This document shows positions 1-9,641 of a stretch of 64,000 bases of DNA, in pieces. Made by a program: the position numbers and the translations under genes. This stretch comes from an uncultured Candidatus Rokubacteria bacterium (lineage in GTDB: Bacteria; Methylomirabilota; Methylomirabilia; Rokubacteriales; CSP1-6). The stretch covers positions 197,936-261,935 of the forward strand of contig CAVWFS010000005.1 in the NCBI GenBank assembly GCA_963754315.1. The letters are read 5' to 3'. Below the pieces are notes generated by a model. It did no database searches, had not been told where the DNA came from, and saw nothing but the letters and a program-made list of their open reading frames with translations. The stretch's first letter is position 1. Every line of letters starts with the position of its first letter.

Positions 1-1047
1 CTCGCGCACTTTGCGGTATACGACGTCGCCGCCCTGGCGGGTCTCGGCATGTCGATGTGGTGCGTGACTCGCTCGTCGTCGCGTAACGGCGCCATGTGGG
101 CCGTGGCGGCGGCGATCGCCTTTGCCGCCGCCGTCATTGCCAAGTACGGCACCTTGCTCATGGTCGTCCCACTCCTGGCGCTCATGCTCTCTGTGCGAGG
201 CCTCCGGCCCGGTGGTCGGGTACTGGCGGTCTTCATCCCGGTGGCCGGGATCATTCTGGCCGCCTATTTCTTCCTGTTCTTCGGATCGCTCGTTCCTGCC
301 TCGTCAGCAGCCTATCTTGAGCAAACGTTTGGCCGGAGTCGCGGGCACATCGCCACGTTGCAGCTGGTCTTCGCCCTGGCGCCTGGAGCGCTGGCGAGCG
401 CTGGCGCCTACCTCGCCTGGCGCAGACGCCAGCGCGGGCTGGCCCTCACGTGTCTGCTCGCGCTCGTCGTGTATCCGCTTTTCCATCTGTGGTCTGCGAA
501 TTTTGTCAGCGGACAGAAGCACGTCGTCGCTGGATTCCTGTTTGCCTATCTGCTGGCCGGCGTCGCGCTGGAACGACTGTGGGTGACGCGGGCCTGGAGG
601 ACGCTGGCCGCCGTCCTGGCGGGATTGGCGGTCTGGGGTGGTCTCCAGTGCTATTGGCAGGATCGCTCGTGGAGCGACAGCCGCCCGCTCGCTCGTCACC
701 TCGCTCTGCATATGAAGCGTGGTGAACGGGTCGTCGCGGAGTCTTCATGGAACTACACCCTCTACCTGTACCCGAAGGGGCTCATCGACTCTCCGGCGTC
801 TGTGATCGACGCCAACTACCCATCCCATGGCGATCTGCTCGACGCCTGCCAGATCCCTTGGATGGTGGGCAATCTGGACAGCGCGGCCATGGTCCGGGCC
901 GCCGTTGAGCGCTGCCGACACGAGAACGTGCTCTCATCGACAACGCACCAGTATTACTTCGATTCGACGCGCCTACGCCTTGCCGCCGCCCCCGCGGTCA
1001 TCGGTCTGTATCGCCTGCCGCAATCGGGGGTCGCCACATCGCCATGA
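1..1047 (+). CDS. Multi-pass membrane glycosyltransferase (ArnT/PMT, GT-C fold-like), 5' partial
   Basis: Many hydrophobic helices and an AKY motif after a TM segment. Frame appears open from the window start. Stop overlaps the start of a Ppm1/DPM1-like gene (ATGA). Confidence 0.6.
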   Translation, partial: LAHFAVYDVAALAGLGMSMWCVTRSSSRNGAMWAVAAAIAFAAAVIAKYGTLLMVVPLLALMLSVRGLRPGGRVLAVFIPVAGIILAAYFFLFFGSLVPASSAAYLEQTFGRSRGHIATLQLVFALAPGALASAGAYLAWRRRQRGLALTCLLALVVYPLFHLWSANFVSGQKHVVAGFLFAYLLAGVALERLWVTRAWRTLAAVLAGLAVWGGLQCYWQDRSWSDSRPLARHLALHMKRGERVVAESSWNYTLYLYPKGLIDSPASVIDANYPSHGDLLDACQIPWMVGNLDSAAMVRAAVERCRHENVLSSTTHQYYFDSTRLRLAAAPAVIGLYRLPQSGVATSP

Positions 1048-1820
1048 AGGCACTGGTCGTCCTTCCGACCTACAACGAGGCGGACAACATCTCCGAAGTG
1101 CTTCGGCGCTTACGCACGGCGGCCCCGGCGGCCGACATCCTCGTCGTCGACGATGCCAGCCCCGACGGCACCGCCGATATCGCGCGGTCAGCGGCAGCCT
1201 CACTCGGAGGCATCGACGTTCTGGGGCGGCCTGGCAAGTCAGGCCTGGGCTCGGCCTATTGCGCGGGGTTCGGCGAAGGCCTCCGGCGTGGGTACCACAT
1301 ACTGGTGGAGATGGACAGCGATCTCTCCCACGACCCGGCCGCTGTCCCAGCTCTGCTCCGGGCCGTCGAAGGCGGAGCCGACCTGGCCGTAGGATCTCGC
1401 TACGTAGGGGGAGGCTCGATCCCCCAGTGGCCACGTTTCCGCCGTGCCCTCTCGCGCTGGGGCAACCGATATGCACGCATGGCCTTGGCTCTACCGGTGG
1501 CCGACGCCACGTCGGGGTTCCGTGCCTACTGGGCGGGCCTCGTGGCCCGGCTCGATCTCTCGTCCGTGCAGTCTGACGGGTACGGATTCCAAATCGAGAT
1601 GGTGTACCGGGCAGCCCGAGCGGGGGCCCGAATCGTCGAAGTCCCTATCACGTTTCGCGATCGTGAGCACGGCGTGTCCAAGATGTCGTTGCGGATCATC
1701 CTCGAAGCCTTCATGCGTGTGACGTCGTGGGCAATGCGCGAATTCCCGCGCCGCCGCCGCTCCTGGTCCCCCGTCGGGCCGATCATCCCAGGGGTCAAGA
1801 CACGGCCGAGCACGCCGTGA
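1044..1820 (+). CDS. Polyprenol monophosphomannose synthase (GT2, DPM1-like)
   Basis: LPTYNEADN, VVDDASPDGT, EMDSDLSH, GSRYV, DATSGFR, FQIEM and R..G.SKMS motifs. Confidence 0.9.
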   Translation: MKALVVLPTYNEADNISEVLRRLRTAAPAADILVVDDASPDGTADIARSAAASLGGIDVLGRPGKSGLGSAYCAGFGEGLRRGYHILVEMDSDLSHDPAAVPALLRAVEGGADLAVGSRYVGGGSIPQWPRFRRALSRWGNRYARMALALPVADATSGFRAYWAGLVARLDLSSVQSDGYGFQIEMVYRAARAGARIVEVPITFRDREHGVSKMSLRIILEAFMRVTSWAMREFPRRRRSWSPVGPIIPGVKTRPSTP

Positions 1821-1888
1821 GCCCAGAGGCGCACGCGACTCGGCTACAATTCCTGGGCGCGGGAGTGCCGCATGAAGGAGGGTATCCG

Positions 1889-2281
1889 ATGGTCACCAAG
1901 ATCGATCACATCGAGCTGGTCGTGCACCGCTTTGACGAGTACGTCGCCCTGTTCCGGGCGCTCGGCTTTCGAGAGCTGACCAGAACCAAGCACCACGGCG
2001 ATTCGATCGAGCTTCAACTACCCGGCGAGAATCAGCCGATCTTCGAGATACACCGGGTGAGTGGCGAGGAAAACATCGGCGTCAACCACATCGCCTTCCA
2101 GGTTCCCGACGTCCAGGCGGCACAGCGCGAGCTGGCCACGCGCGGGATCGCGGCCGGTCTCGAGCCACGGTTCGTGCCCTCGACCGGGCGAACGAATCTC
2201 AACTTCCGAGACCCGGATGGCTGGCGACTTCAACTCGTCGACGCCACCCGCGCCACCCCGGATCCGCAGGCGACACACTGA
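1889..2281 (+). CDS. VOC (glyoxalase) family protein
   Basis: KIDHIELVV, NHIAF and FRDPDGWRLQL motifs. AGGAGG RBS before the ATG at 1889. Confidence 0.85.
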   Translation: MVTKIDHIELVVHRFDEYVALFRALGFRELTRTKHHGDSIELQLPGENQPIFEIHRVSGEENIGVNHIAFQVPDVQAAQRELATRGIAAGLEPRFVPSTGRTNLNFRDPDGWRLQLVDATRATPDPQATH

Positions 2282-2323
2282 GGGCCTTGCCGCGTCCCGG
2301 TCCGCAACTCGTCCTCCGCAGGA

Positions 2324-2542
2324 CTATCCTGGCCGGCCAATCGGGATCACGCGGGCAACTTCCAAAGCGAGGTCATAATCCGTGCCCCACACCACAGGGA
2401 TGCGGAGCGCACGCAAGAAGACCAGACTGGAGACGTCGACGTACGTCAGTTTCCGGCCCCGCAGACGCTCGAGTCGATCCACGACGGCGGCGTGATGCCT
2501 CTGATCGAGGCCGAGGAGTTCGAGATGCGGCAGCTCGGCCAC
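2324..2542 (-). pseudogene. PIN-domain (VapC-like) C-terminal remnant
   Basis: KLTYVDVSSLVFLRALRIPVVWGTDYDL resembles the PIN C-terminal S/T.xD...T.D motif. N-terminal D-motif and antitoxin are absent. Confidence 0.55.
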
Positions 2543-2604
2543 GGCGATCCGCTCGCTGAGCGCGCGCCGAGGCTAGGTGGGGCCCCGTCGGGCGACGATC
2601 TCAA

Positions 2605-3648
2605 TTAGAACGTGACTTGCTTGCCCACCGCTGCGGGCACGACGGTGGCCTCGCCGAAGGCCGCAATGAGCGCGATGACGGCGCGCCAGCCCGTACAGTG
2701 CGCGGGCACGATGCGCCGCAGTCCGAAGTCTGCCAGATCCCGTACGGTCTCGCCGATGATCCTCTCGGGCCCCGCGCCCGAGAGGTGTAGCCCTCCCATG
2801 ACGGCGTACAGGGGAACGCCGGGCACCTGCGACCGCGCATGGGTCAAGACGTTGATGACGCCGGCGTGGGAGCAGCCCGTGAACACCACCAGGCCTTTGC
2901 CGCGCACGTGCGCGGCGATGAAGCGCTCGTCGATGATCAGGGGATCGGCCTCCCAGGTCGTACCGTTCTCGCCCTGACGGACGTGATCGCGCAGTCCCTG
3001 CTCGTACGCCGTCACCCGAGGAATCTCGCCGCTGAGGTAGAAGACGTCGTCCGGCAGCGTCTGCGGCGCCGTCGTGAGAACCACGCGGGCGCCCGCATCT
3101 TCCATCTCGGGCGGGGTTGGAATCGGCTTGAACGGAATAATCTCGCCGTCCGGCATGCGCCGACCGCGGGGGTGAAACATCCCCGGATGGCCGTAGACGG
3201 CGACCTCGGACCCCCTGCCCCGGCGGCCGAGCAACGCCAGGGCCATGAGGGTGCCGCCACAGTGGTCCCAGTGGCCGTGTGATAGCACGAGGCCGCCGAC
3301 ACCGCCGAAATCGGCGCCAAGCAGGGCGCCATTCCGCCGGATGGCGTATCCTTCCGGCCCCGTGTCGAGGAGCAGCGAGTGCCGGCGGCCGTCCCCGTGG
3401 GCGGTGATCAGTAGCGACAGCCCATGGTGGGCGCAGCAGATCGTCTCGCCGGCGATCGTCGTGAGCCCGGCGCCCCGCAGGGCTGCGAACTCCGACTGCA
3501 CCCCTTCGGGGTTGGTCGAGAGTTGGTCGGTGACATTGTCCACGAGGACCAGGACGTCCACCCGATCGACCGGCCGCAAACCCGGACGGCCGGCAGTCAT
3601 GCCGAGGACGACCTTGTCGCGCCGATGGCCACGGTTCACCTCCGGCAC
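2605..3648 (-). CDS. MBL-fold metallo-hydrolase
   Basis: LVDN, HGLS, LLDTG, SHGHWDH, GCSHAG, GGLHL and HCTG motifs. True start may be the ATG at 3600. Confidence 0.85.
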   Translation of the reverse strand: MPEVNRGHRRDKVVLGMTAGRPGLRPVDRVDVLVLVDNVTDQLSTNPEGVQSEFAALRGAGLTTIAGETICCAHHGLSLLITAHGDGRRHSLLLDTGPEGYAIRRNGALLGADFGGVGGLVLSHGHWDHCGGTLMALALLGRRGRGSEVAVYGHPGMFHPRGRRMPDGEIIPFKPIPTPPEMEDAGARVVLTTAPQTLPDDVFYLSGEIPRVTAYEQGLRDHVRQGENGTTWEADPLIIDERFIAAHVRGKGLVVFTGCSHAGVINVLTHARSQVPGVPLYAVMGGLHLSGAGPERIIGETVRDLADFGLRRIVPAHCTGWRAVIALIAAFGEATVVPAAVGKQVTF

Positions 3649-3806
3649 GACGCCCTGTCGGATCCAACACGCGGTGCCGTGCTACCATCGTACGCGTTCC
3701 CTCGACATGCTGGAAGGAGGTCACTGCTCGCCACTGGCAGGACGGTATCTGTGTGGGCGCGACCCTCGCTGCTCTCCCTGCTTCCGGCGCTTGAAGTGAC
3801 CGCGGG

Positions 3807-4856
3807 ATGAAGGTCGTTCTGATCGCCCCGATGGCGGCCGAGTTCATCGCCGCGATCGCCGCCAGTGACAGGCGGCTCCAGATCGAGGACGCCTGGGAGC
3901 TATTCGGGCCGGAGCTGGTGGCCGAGTGGCCGACTCAGACCACCGAGTCGTATCTGCCGCGCCGCTTCTGGACCATGCCCGACAGCCCCACGCTGCGCCA
4001 GCGCCGAGACGCCCTGCTCTCCGAGGCCGAGGTGGTCTGCATCACCTTCCCTCCCCCGTTGCGGCTGGCCGGGCGGGCACCGCGCCTGCGCTTCGTGCAT
4101 CAGTTCCCGGCGGGGGTGTCTAACCTGTCTCGAGGAGATCTCTGGAAAGGCCGCGTGCCCGTCACCAGCGGGCGCGGGGCCGGCAACACCCTGCCCATCG
4201 CGGAGTGGGCGATCGCGGTCAGCCTGGCCCTCTGCAAGGAGCTACCGCGCGCCTTTGCCCAGCGGGCGGCCGGCACACTCGATCGTCGGGCGTTCAACGC
4301 GCGTCAGCTCGCTGGCAAGACGCTGGCCGTCGTCGGGCTGGGCGGCATCGGGCAGCAGGTCGCTCGGCTGGGCCGGGCGCTGGGGATGCGGGTCATCGGC
4401 ACCCGCCGCTCTTCGGAGCCGGTCGAGCACATCGACCATCTCTACTCGCCGTCCGAGCTGAAGGCCGTCCTGGCGCAGAGCGATCTCGTGGTGGTCGCCT
4501 CACAGCTCACCGCCGAGACCCGCCACCTGTTCGACGCCGCCGCCTTCGCCGCCCTGAAGCCGGGCGCGTTCCTGGTCAACGTGGCGAGAGGCGAGCTGAT
4601 TGACGAGGCGGCGTTGATCGATGCGCTACGCTCGGGTCGGGTCGGTGGGTTCGCAGCCGACGTCTACGCGGGCGAGTTCGATCATCCGCCACCAGCGGAG
4701 CTGCTCGCCTTCGAGAACGTGATCCTGACGCCGCACACCTCGAGTCAAACCGAGCACCCGTCGACTGGCGCGCTGGAGATCTTCCGCGAGAACCTGCGGC
4801 GCTGCCTGGATGGGGAGCCGCTCCTGAATCAGGTCGACTGGGACCGCGGCTACTAG
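3807..4856 (+). CDS. D-2-hydroxyacid dehydrogenase family
   Basis: GLGGIG Rossmann motif, VNVARG, ADVY and LTPHTS. Confidence 0.9.
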   Translation: MKVVLIAPMAAEFIAAIAASDRRLQIEDAWELFGPELVAEWPTQTTESYLPRRFWTMPDSPTLRQRRDALLSEAEVVCITFPPPLRLAGRAPRLRFVHQFPAGVSNLSRGDLWKGRVPVTSGRGAGNTLPIAEWAIAVSLALCKELPRAFAQRAAGTLDRRAFNARQLAGKTLAVVGLGGIGQQVARLGRALGMRVIGTRRSSEPVEHIDHLYSPSELKAVLAQSDLVVVASQLTAETRHLFDAAAFAALKPGAFLVNVARGELIDEAALIDALRSGRVGGFAADVYAGEFDHPPPAELLAFENVILTPHTSSQTEHPSTGALEIFRENLRRCLDGEPLLNQVDWDRGY

Positions 4857-4926
4857 GGTGCCCAATCGGTGGCGGTGCCGAAGCTCATCACCTCGCAGAG
4901 TGTGAGGTGGGGCCAGCTGCAGTCCC

Positions 4927-5880
4927 TCAGGGAGAGGGCTGGTGGCTGCGCTCGGCGTGCCGAGTGACAGTCCGCGGGCTCGACCCCGCCGCCGCGAGGC
5001 GGCGCTTCGCTTCGGCGTACACCTCGGGCGGCAACGGCCCCTGCCGCAACACGTCGACGTTGTGCCGAAGGTGATCGGGGTTGATCGTCCCCACGATATT
5101 CGTGTGCAGAGCCGGATGGGTGAAGGTAAAGCGCAGGACAAATTCCATGGGCGACATCCCGGCCAGGAGGTCGCGGATGTCCGTCTGCTGCCATCGATCC
5201 CACTGCACACCCTCGTGCTTGCCCTCGGTGGGCGCGCCTTTGGCCGCGCCACCCCGGATGACGATGCCGGCCCCGGCCTCGGCGGCGGCGGCGATGATTG
5301 CCTCGTGCTCTCGCTCTACGGCCGAGTACGGAATCTGAAAGACGTCGAACACGCCCATGGCGATGTGATCCGCGAGATGTGGCAACGTCCCCGACATGCC
5401 GACGAACCGGACCGTGCCCGCGCGCTTGAGCTCCAGGACGGTCGCGAGAGCACCGTGCTCCTCCAAGGTGTGCCGGGACGGCGAGATGTGGAACTGGAGG
5501 ACGTCGAGGTAGTCGGTCCGCATGCGCGCGAGGCTCTGTTCCACCCCCGCCAGGATATTGTCGCGGGTGAAGACGTGGGGGCTCGTCTGGCCGCGCGGCG
5601 CGGGCGGGGCCCCCACCAGGCAGCCGCACTTGCTGGCGAGATAGTACTCCGAGCGACGATTCCCGATGAAGCGCCCGATGCGTTCCTCACTCAGACCATA
5701 GTCGATCGAGGTATCGATGTAGTTGATGCCCGCGTCGAGGGCCGCATGGAGAATGGTCTCTGCCTGAGCGTCCGTGACATCACGGCCACGCGGAGCCCCT
5801 CGCAGTTCCATGGCTCCGTAGCCCAGCATCGTAACCTGCAGTCCGGTCCGTCCTAGTTGCCGCTTCGGTAGCTCACCCAT
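4927..5880 (-). CDS. Aldo/keto reductase
   Basis: LGRTGLQV, GYGAM, IDTSIDYG, LASKCG and SLARMRTDYLD. Confidence 0.9.
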   Translation of the reverse strand: MGELPKRQLGRTGLQVTMLGYGAMELRGAPRGRDVTDAQAETILHAALDAGINYIDTSIDYGLSEERIGRFIGNRRSEYYLASKCGCLVGAPPAPRGQTSPHVFTRDNILAGVEQSLARMRTDYLDVLQFHISPSRHTLEEHGALATVLELKRAGTVRFVGMSGTLPHLADHIAMGVFDVFQIPYSAVEREHEAIIAAAAEAGAGIVIRGGAAKGAPTEGKHEGVQWDRWQQTDIRDLLAGMSPMEFVLRFTFTHPALHTNIVGTINPDHLRHNVDVLRQGPLPPEVYAEAKRRLAAAGSSPRTVTRHAERSHQPSP

Positions 5881-5999
5881 CTCGCTCTTCCCGCCGCCGA
5901 GGATCGGACCCTCGGCGGCCGCCACGGGGGGATCACTCCTGCCCCGACCCGTCCATCGAGGCTAGCGCATGTTCAGGGCGAGCGCGATCCGTTCTGTCG

Positions 6000-6332
6000 T
6001 CAGCCTTCTTCGGAGCCAGGAGGCGGGCTCGATCCGCTACCAGCGCCCTCCGGACCGCCCCCCCCACCCCCACGTCCCACGGCTCCCGTGGGGTTGGCGC
6101 GCTGGACGGTGAGGATTCGACCATCCACATCCTGACCGTTGAACTTCGACATCGCGGCCTCCGCCTCGGGGGCGGTGGCCATCTCGACAAAGCCAAAGCC
6201 CCGCGAGCGTCCGGTGTCGCGGTCCATCACGACCGTGGCGGACTCGACGGTGCCCGCCTGGGTGAAAAGCTCCCGAAGACGTTCGTTCGACGTAGAAAAG
6301 GACAGACCACCGACGAAGAGCTTGTGCGCCAT
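6000..6332 (-). CDS. RRM RNA-binding protein with Gly-rich tail
   Basis: RNP2 KLFVGGL and RNP1 RGFGFVEM. GGAGG upstream. Confidence 0.92.
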   Translation of the reverse strand: MAHKLFVGGLSFSTSNERLRELFTQAGTVESATVVMDRDTGRSRGFGFVEMATAPEAEAAMSKFNGQDVDGRILTVQRANPTGAVGRGGGGGGPEGAGSGSSPPPGSEEG

Positions 6333-6535
6333 CTCCCACCTCCACGGCAGGTCTCCCGCTGTTCGGGAACACACCCTGGAACGCGGAAGAAGGCGCCAGA
6401 GCCATGGTCTGGGGAAGGAGGAGGTCCACGATGGGCCGCGACCGGTCCCAGGCGCCGGCATCATCGCATCGGCCGGCCTGCGCGTCAATATTTGATAGAC
6501 AATATATAAAATATAGATCCACGAGCTTCGATGGC

Positions 6536-6560
6536 ACTTGATATATATCAAGTATTGACA
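6536..6560. promoter_or_regulatory. 18-bp perfect palindrome beside a TTGACA in an AT-rich divergent intergenic region
   Basis: ACTTGATATATATCAAGT at 6536-6553, followed by TTGACA at 6555-6560. Confidence 0.55.
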
Positions 6561-6635
6561 TATATAAGTAGGACTCTTCACACGTCGGCAGGGGCGGCGC
6601 GTCCGGCCCACGGACGGTCCGAGGCGGGAGGTGCG

Positions 6636-6953
6636 ATGCTCACGAACAAGACGCGAGTGCTTCTCATTCTTCCCCAGGACGTCCTGGATGGGGCCAGGGT
6701 CCTGGCCGGAAAGGCGACAACGACCTTCAAACTCCCCGTGAGCCTCCAGATCGTTCTGCGCGCCCTGGTCGAGGAAGGATTGCGGCGTGACAACGATCGC
6801 CGGCTTCACACCAACATCGGGGAGCAAGCGAAGGCGGTCAGACAGCTTCGCTCGGGCGGGCGCCATGCCCGGCGAGTCGGGGAGGCCCGTGAGAATCCAT
6901 CGTCGAGCAAGCGTCGAGGGAGCGGTCGTGCACGACAGAAGCGCGGGAAGTAA
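6636..6953 (+). CDS. Small basic hypothetical protein, possibly ribbon-helix-helix-like
   Basis: GGAGG RBS. N-terminal strand TRVLLILP followed by two helices (SLQIVLRALVEEGL) and a basic tail. Confidence 0.55.
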   Translation: MLTNKTRVLLILPQDVLDGARVLAGKATTTFKLPVSLQIVLRALVEEGLRRDNDRRLHTNIGEQAKAVRQLRSGGRHARRVGEARENPSSSKRRGSGRARQKRGK

Positions 6954-7032
6954 AGGCGCGGCCGGGACTGGAACCCCACGGGAGGCCCGTGCCCCGGGCG
7001 TTCACTCGGTGCTCCACCGAGGCCCGACCGTG

Positions 7033-7308
7033 ATGAAGGATCGCAGCGACTGGAAGATGTTCGCTCCGCTGCGGCGCGGCGAACCCCTTTCTCCGCACGG
7101 CAAGGTGATGGCCGTTCTGAAGACCCACGTGGTCGGAGCCAGCGCCGCCGTGCTTGCCGACGAATTGCTCCAGACCGGATCGGTGCTCGGCACGAAAGCG
7201 GCGGTGGCCAAGCGGGTTGGCGAGTTGCTCGTCGAGCTCGTCCAGGCCGCCCATGTCGAGCAAATTCCCGACGGCCGGTACCGCGTGGTCAAGGGGCTGA
7301 CCCGATGA
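7033..7308 (+). CDS. Hypothetical protein, possibly winged-helix-like
   Basis: Helical core ending in a ..VEQIPDGRYRV hairpin. ATGA-coupled to the next ORF. Confidence 0.5.
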   Translation: MKDRSDWKMFAPLRRGEPLSPHGKVMAVLKTHVVGASAAVLADELLQTGSVLGTKAAVAKRVGELLVELVQAAHVEQIPDGRYRVVKGLTR

Positions 7309-7562
7309 AGCTCAGCGACCGGCAGCGCGATGTGCTCTCGCGAATGGCGCAGGGGGGCGTGCTCTTCGTCAGGTTCGAATCGAGCGAGGAGGGTCCCCAA
7401 CCGAAGTGCTGGATCGGCACCATGGAACTCCTCGGCATGACCGTCAACGCCCTCATTGTCGCTCGCCTCATCGAGCGGGACCGGACGTACAAAACAGGCG
7501 GGGGGCTCACGACGTCGTACGTCATGAGCTTAGCCGGGCGGGCCGCCCTGGAAGCCTCCTGA
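7305..7562 (+). CDS. Hypothetical protein, possibly winged-helix-like
   Basis: MKLSDRQRDVL start, ALIVARLIER and YVMSLAGRAAL. Translationally coupled. Confidence 0.5.
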   Translation: MKLSDRQRDVLSRMAQGGVLFVRFESSEEGPQPKCWIGTMELLGMTVNALIVARLIERDRTYKTGGGLTTSYVMSLAGRAALEAS

Positions 7563-7606
7563 GGTCGGACTGCGCCACCGGCTTTCACCGGGTGCCGTCT
7601 GACTTG

Positions 7607-8256
7607 CTACGTGCTATCGCGCCACTCCCAACCGGCCGCCTCCAGGTCCAGCCAGGCTGCGAAGCGTCCTTGGCTGGTAACCAGCGCCGCCGGTGTACCT
7701 TCTTCCACGATGCGTCCCTTCTCGAGGACAACCACGCGATCAGCGTCGAGGGCGGTGGTCAGCCGGTGCGCTACCGTCACCACGGCGCAGCCTCGCGGGA
7801 GCACCCGGTCTCGGAGGGCCGCACGGAACGCCGCGTCGCTCGCGTTGTCGACCGCCGCGGTTGCCTCATCCAGGAGCAATACGGCGGGGCGATGCACCAG
7901 CGCGCGGGCGAGCGCCAGGAGTTGTTCCTGCCCGGCCGAGAGGCGTGCGCCCGCACCCCCTCCGCTGCCGCTGAGCATGGTCCGGTATCCGTCCGGGAGC
8001 ATTCGAATGAACGCATCGGCACCCGCGATGGTGGCCGCGTCGATCACGTCGTCTTCGGCGACTGAAGGATCGCCCAGGAGAGATACTCATGGCGCCAAAT
8101 GCCGGGTGCGTGCCCACGATCGATGGCCCGTCCCAGTAGAATCGCCGGCAGGACGACCGTCGTGTTCATCAGGATGCCGGCCACCGACCCGAGCGAGAGC
8201 TGGCCCGCCACCTGTCGGAAGTACGGCCGCATCTCCCAGAGGAACACCGATCTCAT
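7607..8256 (-). pseudogene. ABC exporter, internally deleted (TM N-terminus joined to NBD C-terminus)
   Basis: 8044-8256 reads ...VLPAILLGRAID (first TM). 7607-8075 has LPDGY, LSAGQEQL, LLLDEATAAVD and VAHRL but no Walker A. Confidence 0.7.
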
Positions 8257-8289
8257 CTCTTCCGTGTCGTCATGGGCGCCGCTTCGCGC

Positions 8290-8703
8290 CTACCTCGAGC
8301 GGCTGTTCAGGAGCACCGGGAGCCTGGCCACGATGGCGTCGCGCGCCGCACGGTAGTTCTCGCTCACCGCCGGCACGTCGTCCCAACGCTCGATGGGGAC
8401 ACCCGGGGCCAGCGTGCCAAGCTCGCAGCCAAAGGAAACGACCCGCGAGGCATTCCGGATGTCGTCGCCGGTGACGCGCCGTGGACGCTGGTCCCGGACG
8501 TCAATGCCCTCGGCCTCGAGCCCGGCCACGGCTGCCGGCGTGAGGTCGGGGTCGGGTTCCGTGCCAGCGAACGTCGCCCGCACGCTCATCCCGCGTTGCT
8601 TCGCGAGGCGCTCCAGATGGCACGCCGCGATCAGGCTCTTGGCGGCGCCATGCAGACACACGAACAGGATCGTCTGTTCACTCATCACGATCTCCATGGT
8701 CAT
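8290..8703 (-). CDS. LMW protein-tyrosine-phosphatase/ArsC-fold protein with atypical CLHGAAKS P-loop
   Basis: ILFVCLHGAAKS, AGTEPD, ERWDDVP and RDAI. Confidence 0.8.
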   Translation of the reverse strand: MTMEIVMSEQTILFVCLHGAAKSLIAACHLERLAKQRGMSVRATFAGTEPDPDLTPAAVAGLEAEGIDVRDQRPRRVTGDDIRNASRVVSFGCELGTLAPGVPIERWDDVPAVSENYRAARDAIVARLPVLLNSRSR

Positions 8704-9623
8704 GGGCGATCCTGGTAGACCGCCGCCCGATGCGTGCCGGGCAAGAAGACATAGAGCGTTTCGCTCGCAGGCGCGAACGCGGTGGTGTGGGCCCCGGGCT
8801 CGGTGGTGACCACCTGCCGCCGGCCAAGTGGTGCCGTCTCCAGCACCTCGATCACACCAGGGTCGCCGATGGCGACGTACAAGCGCTGCCGTCGGGCGTT
8901 GAAGAACACCACATCCGGTACGCCCACGATCCCGACCTCATCCATCACGACTCCCGTGCGACAGTCGACGGTGATCACGTGCTGGCCGTCGCAGGCGCAA
9001 AACAGACGACCGCCGGGCGAGTCGAGATCGAGGCCGTGGGGACCCGCCGCCGGGACCAAGATGGTCCTGGCCACCTTGACGGGCGTCTGGGCCTCGATGA
9101 CGGCGATGTGGGGCGGGTCAGCGATGTTGACGTAGAACGAATCGGTCGCAGGGTCGTACATGGCCCAGCGTGTGCGGCCGGCGACGGGCACGTCGGCGAC
9201 CATGGTGCGCCGCCCAACATCGACCATCGAGACGGTGAACGATCCGGCTCGCGCAGGATCGCCGACGTTGGCCGCCAGCAGCAATCGTCGTGCAGGATCG
9301 TAGGCGAGGCCGTTTGGTCGGATCCCGACCTCGACCTTCGCAATGATCTCATCGCGGTCCGGGGAAACGATGCCGATCGCGTCCTCGCCTCGATTGGACG
9401 TGAACACCAGGTCGTGCTCTTCCGACACGAGGGCGCCGGCGATGCCCGTCAAACCCGGGATGGAGCCCAGGTACCGCTGCGTTCCACAGTCGATCACATC
9501 GAGAGTGTCGTTGGCGGTATGCGCGACATAGAGGCGCCCACGGCCGCCATGGACGGCAGCATGGTCGAAGCCGCCGGCCTTGGCATGCGCGGGGAGATCG
9601 ACATAGCCGAGCAAGTCGAGCAT
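8700..9623 (-). CDS. YncE/YVTN-like beta-propeller protein
   Basis: Repeated blades RLYVAH, VFTSNRG, GIRPNGLAYD, GPHGLDLD and RLYVAIG. Confidence 0.8.
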   Translation of the reverse strand: MLDLLGYVDLPAHAKAGGFDHAAVHGGRGRLYVAHTANDTLDVIDCGTQRYLGSIPGLTGIAGALVSEEHDLVFTSNRGEDAIGIVSPDRDEIIAKVEVGIRPNGLAYDPARRLLLAANVGDPARAGSFTVSMVDVGRRTMVADVPVAGRTRWAMYDPATDSFYVNIADPPHIAVIEAQTPVKVARTILVPAAGPHGLDLDSPGGRLFCACDGQHVITVDCRTGVVMDEVGIVGVPDVVFFNARRQRLYVAIGDPGVIEVLETAPLGRRQVVTTEPGAHTTAFAPASETLYVFLPGTHRAAVYQDRP

Positions 9624-9641
9624 GGCGAACCGACCTCCCGT

